A stretch of 64,000 nt of DNA. It comes from an uncultured Selenomonadaceae bacterium. Its GTDB lineage: Bacteria > Bacillota > Negativicutes > Selenomonadales > Selenomonadaceae. This document shows, piece by piece, positions 61,795-64,000 of this stretch. The position numbers were made by a program, and so were the translations under genes. The DNA lies in NCBI GenBank assembly GCA_905236725.1, contig CAJOCT010000001.1:9646-73645 (forward strand). Reading direction: 5' to 3'. Each line of letters begins with the position of its first letter. The first letter of the stretch is position 1. The notes under the pieces were generated by a model. The model searched no databases. It worked only from the letters and a program-made list of their open reading frames with translations, and was not told the DNA's origin.

Positions 61795-63414
61795 TTGAGC
61801 AAACAATTTATTTTTATGGCGGTGATTTTTTTTGCGCTGATTTTTTCCGCGTCGATAACTTTTGCGGCAAATGTCGGGCAGGGAAAAAAAATTTTGTATA
61901 TTCCCATCGACAATCGCCCCTGTAATTTAAAACAGACTGCGGAAGTTGCGGAAAAACTCGGTTATGAAATTATCACGCCGCCTGAAAATTTTTTGGGAAC
62001 GGGTGCAACGCCCGAAAAACTCGGCAATCCCGACGAGCTTTGGAATTGGCTGGAAAATAATGCGGCGGGAGTTGATGCGGCTGTAATTTCGACGGACGCG
62101 ATGATTTATGGAAGTCTTGTCGGCTCACGTCTGCACGATTTGAGCGCGGAAAAAATTATGGAGCGGGCGAAAAAGTTTGAGGACTTCAACAAAAAATTTC
62201 CGTACATTCCGATTTACGCTTTCGGCACGATTATGAGAACGCCGACGGCTGCGGGGTCAAGTTTCGAGCCGGAATATTATCAAACTTACGGCGCAATGAT
62301 TTGGAATTATACGCGGCTGAAAGATAAGTCTGAAGTCGAAAAACTTTCTCGCAGTGAACAGAAAAATTTTGCGAAGTTTGAAAGTGAAATTCCCGCCGAA
62401 TTTTTGAGCGATTGGCTTGGTCGTCGTCAAAAAAATTACGATGCAAACGAATATTTTATAAATTTGGCAAGCGAAGGAATTTTTCAATATTTTTTGCTGG
62501 GCTGCGATGACAATGCGCCTTTTTCGCAAACTCATTTGGAAAGCCGCCATTTGACTGAACACGCGAAAAATTTAAATCTCGGAAAAACTGTTTGCCTTGT
62601 CACGAGCGGTGCGGATGAACTCGGAATTTTGATGATAAGTCGCGCCGTCAACAAAAATCTGAATCAAATCCCGTTCGTGGCGGTCAGTTACAACGAGGGC
62701 AAGGGAAAAAATACGATTCCGACTTATTGCAACGAAATTATCGGGCAATCCGTCAGCGACGCGATAATTGCGGCGGGCGGTCTGGAAATTCCCGCGCCGG
62801 AGCGTGCGGATTTGGTTTTGGCGGTCAACACAAATTTCAACGGCAAAACTTTTGAGGCAAGTTCATCGAAAAATAAAATTAAACCTCGTCGCGAAACAAA
62901 AACTTTTATGAAGTTGCTGAATAATTTTCTCGAAAAAAATTATCCTGTGGGAATTGTTGACATTGCGACGGCGAACGGTTCGGATAACGCTTTGATGAAT
63001 CAGCTGAAGGAAAAAAATTTGCAGTTCAAAATTTCTGCTTACGGCGGCTGGAACACTGCGACAAATTCATCGGGCTTTTTTATCGGCGCGGGAGTTTTGA
63101 CAAAATTTATGAACGATTATGAAAAAAATTCTCTGTTACTCACAAGATATTTTGACGATTGGATTTATCAGGCGAATATCAGAACGCAACTCACGAACGG
63201 TTTAATTTGGACTGTGCCGGGCGAAGGAAATTATTCAAATCTGAATGAAAAGCGCGAAGGACTTGAAAAATTGACTGCGGAACTTGCCGAAAAATTTGCG
63301 GCTGAAAATATTCTACTGCCGCAAAAAACTTCTCTTAAAAATATTCGTGCAAAATTTCCTTGGGACAGATGTTTTGAGGCGGATATTTCCTTCGATTTTG
63401 ATTCTACTCGATAG
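61795..63414 (+). CDS. DUF4127-family protein with N-terminal signal/anchor sequence
   Basis: KKILYIPIDNRPCN...VDAAVISTDAMIYGSLVGSRLH matches the remembered DUF4127 N-terminal pattern. Hydrophobic N-terminus FIFMAVIFFALIFSASITFA. TTG start. Confidence 0.65.
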   Translation: MSKQFIFMAVIFFALIFSASITFAANVGQGKKILYIPIDNRPCNLKQTAEVAEKLGYEIITPPENFLGTGATPEKLGNPDELWNWLENNAAGVDAAVISTDAMIYGSLVGSRLHDLSAEKIMERAKKFEDFNKKFPYIPIYAFGTIMRTPTAAGSSFEPEYYQTYGAMIWNYTRLKDKSEVEKLSRSEQKNFAKFESEIPAEFLSDWLGRRQKNYDANEYFINLASEGIFQYFLLGCDDNAPFSQTHLESRHLTEHAKNLNLGKTVCLVTSGADELGILMISRAVNKNLNQIPFVAVSYNEGKGKNTIPTYCNEIIGQSVSDAIIAAGGLEIPAPERADLVLAVNTNFNGKTFEASSSKNKIKPRRETKTFMKLLNNFLEKNYPVGIVDIATANGSDNALMNQLKEKNLQFKISAYGGWNTATNSSGFFIGAGVLTKFMNDYEKNSLLLTRYFDDWIYQANIRTQLTNGLIWTVPGEGNYSNLNEKREGLEKLTAELAEKFAAENILLPQKTSLKNIRAKFPWDRCFEADISFDFDSTR

Positions 63415-63422
63415 AACGAAAG

Positions 63423-63440
63423 ATTCTATAGCTATAGAAT
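63423..63440. promoter_or_regulatory. 18-bp perfect palindrome ATTCTATAGCTATAGAAT, 10 nt upstream of the metN ATG (site 3 of 3), with a degenerate copy at 63403-63417
   Basis: Read directly and followed by GGAGTTTTGT-ATG. The upstream TTCTAC-TCG-ATAGAA overlaps the DUF4127 stop codon. Confidence 0.8.
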
Positions 63441-63450
63441 GGAGTTTTGT

Positions 63451-64000
63451 ATGATTAAACTTTTAAATATCGTAAAAAATTATGGCAACGTACATGCGCT
63501 GAAGGGAATCGATTTAGAAATTAAGCGCGGCGAAATTTACGGGATTATCGGACTTTCCGGCGCGGGGAAATCTACTCTTGTGCGCTGTATAAATATGTTG
63601 GAGCGCCCGACTTCGGGTGAAGTTATCGTTGACGGCAAGGACATGACTAAACTTTCTGAAAGTGAACTTCGCGACGCAAGGAAAAATATCGGAATGATTT
63701 TTCAGCACTTTAATTTATTAAGTTCGGCGACGGTTTACGAAAATATTGCTTTCCCACTGACTTTATCGAACACGCCGAAATCTGAAATCAAAAAAAAAGT
63801 TTCTCCGCTGCTTGAACTCGTCGGCTTGAAAGAAAAAGCGAATCAATATCCCGCGCAACTTTCCGGCGGACAAAAACAGCGCGTGGGAATTGCCCGCGCA
63901 CTTGCAAGCGATCCGAAAATTTTGCTCTGCGATGAGGCAACTTCCGCACTTGACCCGCAAACTACAAAATCAATTCTCGCGCTGATTAAAGATATAAATA
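63451..64000 (+). CDS. metN: Methionine ABC transporter ATP-binding protein (3' end beyond window)
   Basis: Manual translation [58 protein letters not shown]...[33 protein letters not shown], the MetN pattern. The frame is open to the window end. Confidence 0.88.
   Translation, partial: MIKLLNIVKNYGNVHALKGIDLEIKRGEIYGIIGLSGAGKSTLVRCINMLERPTSGEVIVDGKDMTKLSESELRDARKNIGMIFQHFNLLSSATVYENIAFPLTLSNTPKSEIKKKVSPLLELVGLKEKANQYPAQLSGGQKQRVGIARALASDPKILLCDEATSALDPQTTKSILALIKDIN

Overview
64-kb chromosomal window from an AT-rich bacterium. GC content was not computed. Likely a diderm, flagellated anaerobe, based on the FlgI P-ring protein, Hfq, MreBCD/PBP2, futalosine-type menaquinone radical-SAM genes, HypA and ThyX; the taxon cannot be assigned from sequence alone. 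I call about 62 protein genes, one frameshifted toxin pseudogene and one tRNA-Arg(CCG). There is no rRNA, CRISPR array, transposase or integrase. All protein calls come from reading motifs in the supplied translations; no database search was run.

Most of the window is housekeeping:
- rpsB-tsf, rplS, gdhA, fba, hemC, bioB, ribF, miaA-hfq, dut
- mreBCD-mrdA
- potABCD
- a murQ-mupG cell-wall recycling cluster

Several ORF-track starts were moved to downstream ATG/TTG codons that have Shine-Dalgarno (SD) sequences. Many long ORFs are antisense artefacts of the A/T-tract-rich composition.

Most interesting items:
1. A same-strand triad of secreted proteins, CsgG/FlgO-like, FlgT/LPP20-like and CsgG/FlgO-like (24383-27268), with no curli partners.
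2. A free-standing NRPS-type condensation domain co-operonic with the potABCD polyamine importer, recalling VibH.
3. Two unexplained leader motifs. One is an 18-bp palindrome ATTCTATnnnnATAGAAT abutting the SD of mupG, a DUF4127 gene and metN. The other is a (TAATGCG)n heptamer array at identical distance from the starts of murQ and an orphan sugar-binding protein gene.
4. A hybrid histidine kinase with an HPt domain, co-transcribed with an orphan DhaM-type EIIA domain.
5. A 1487-aa GT2/RgpF/HAD-like fusion protein coupled to a DegT aminotransferase.
6. Three tandem MqnC/MqnE-family radical SAM genes.
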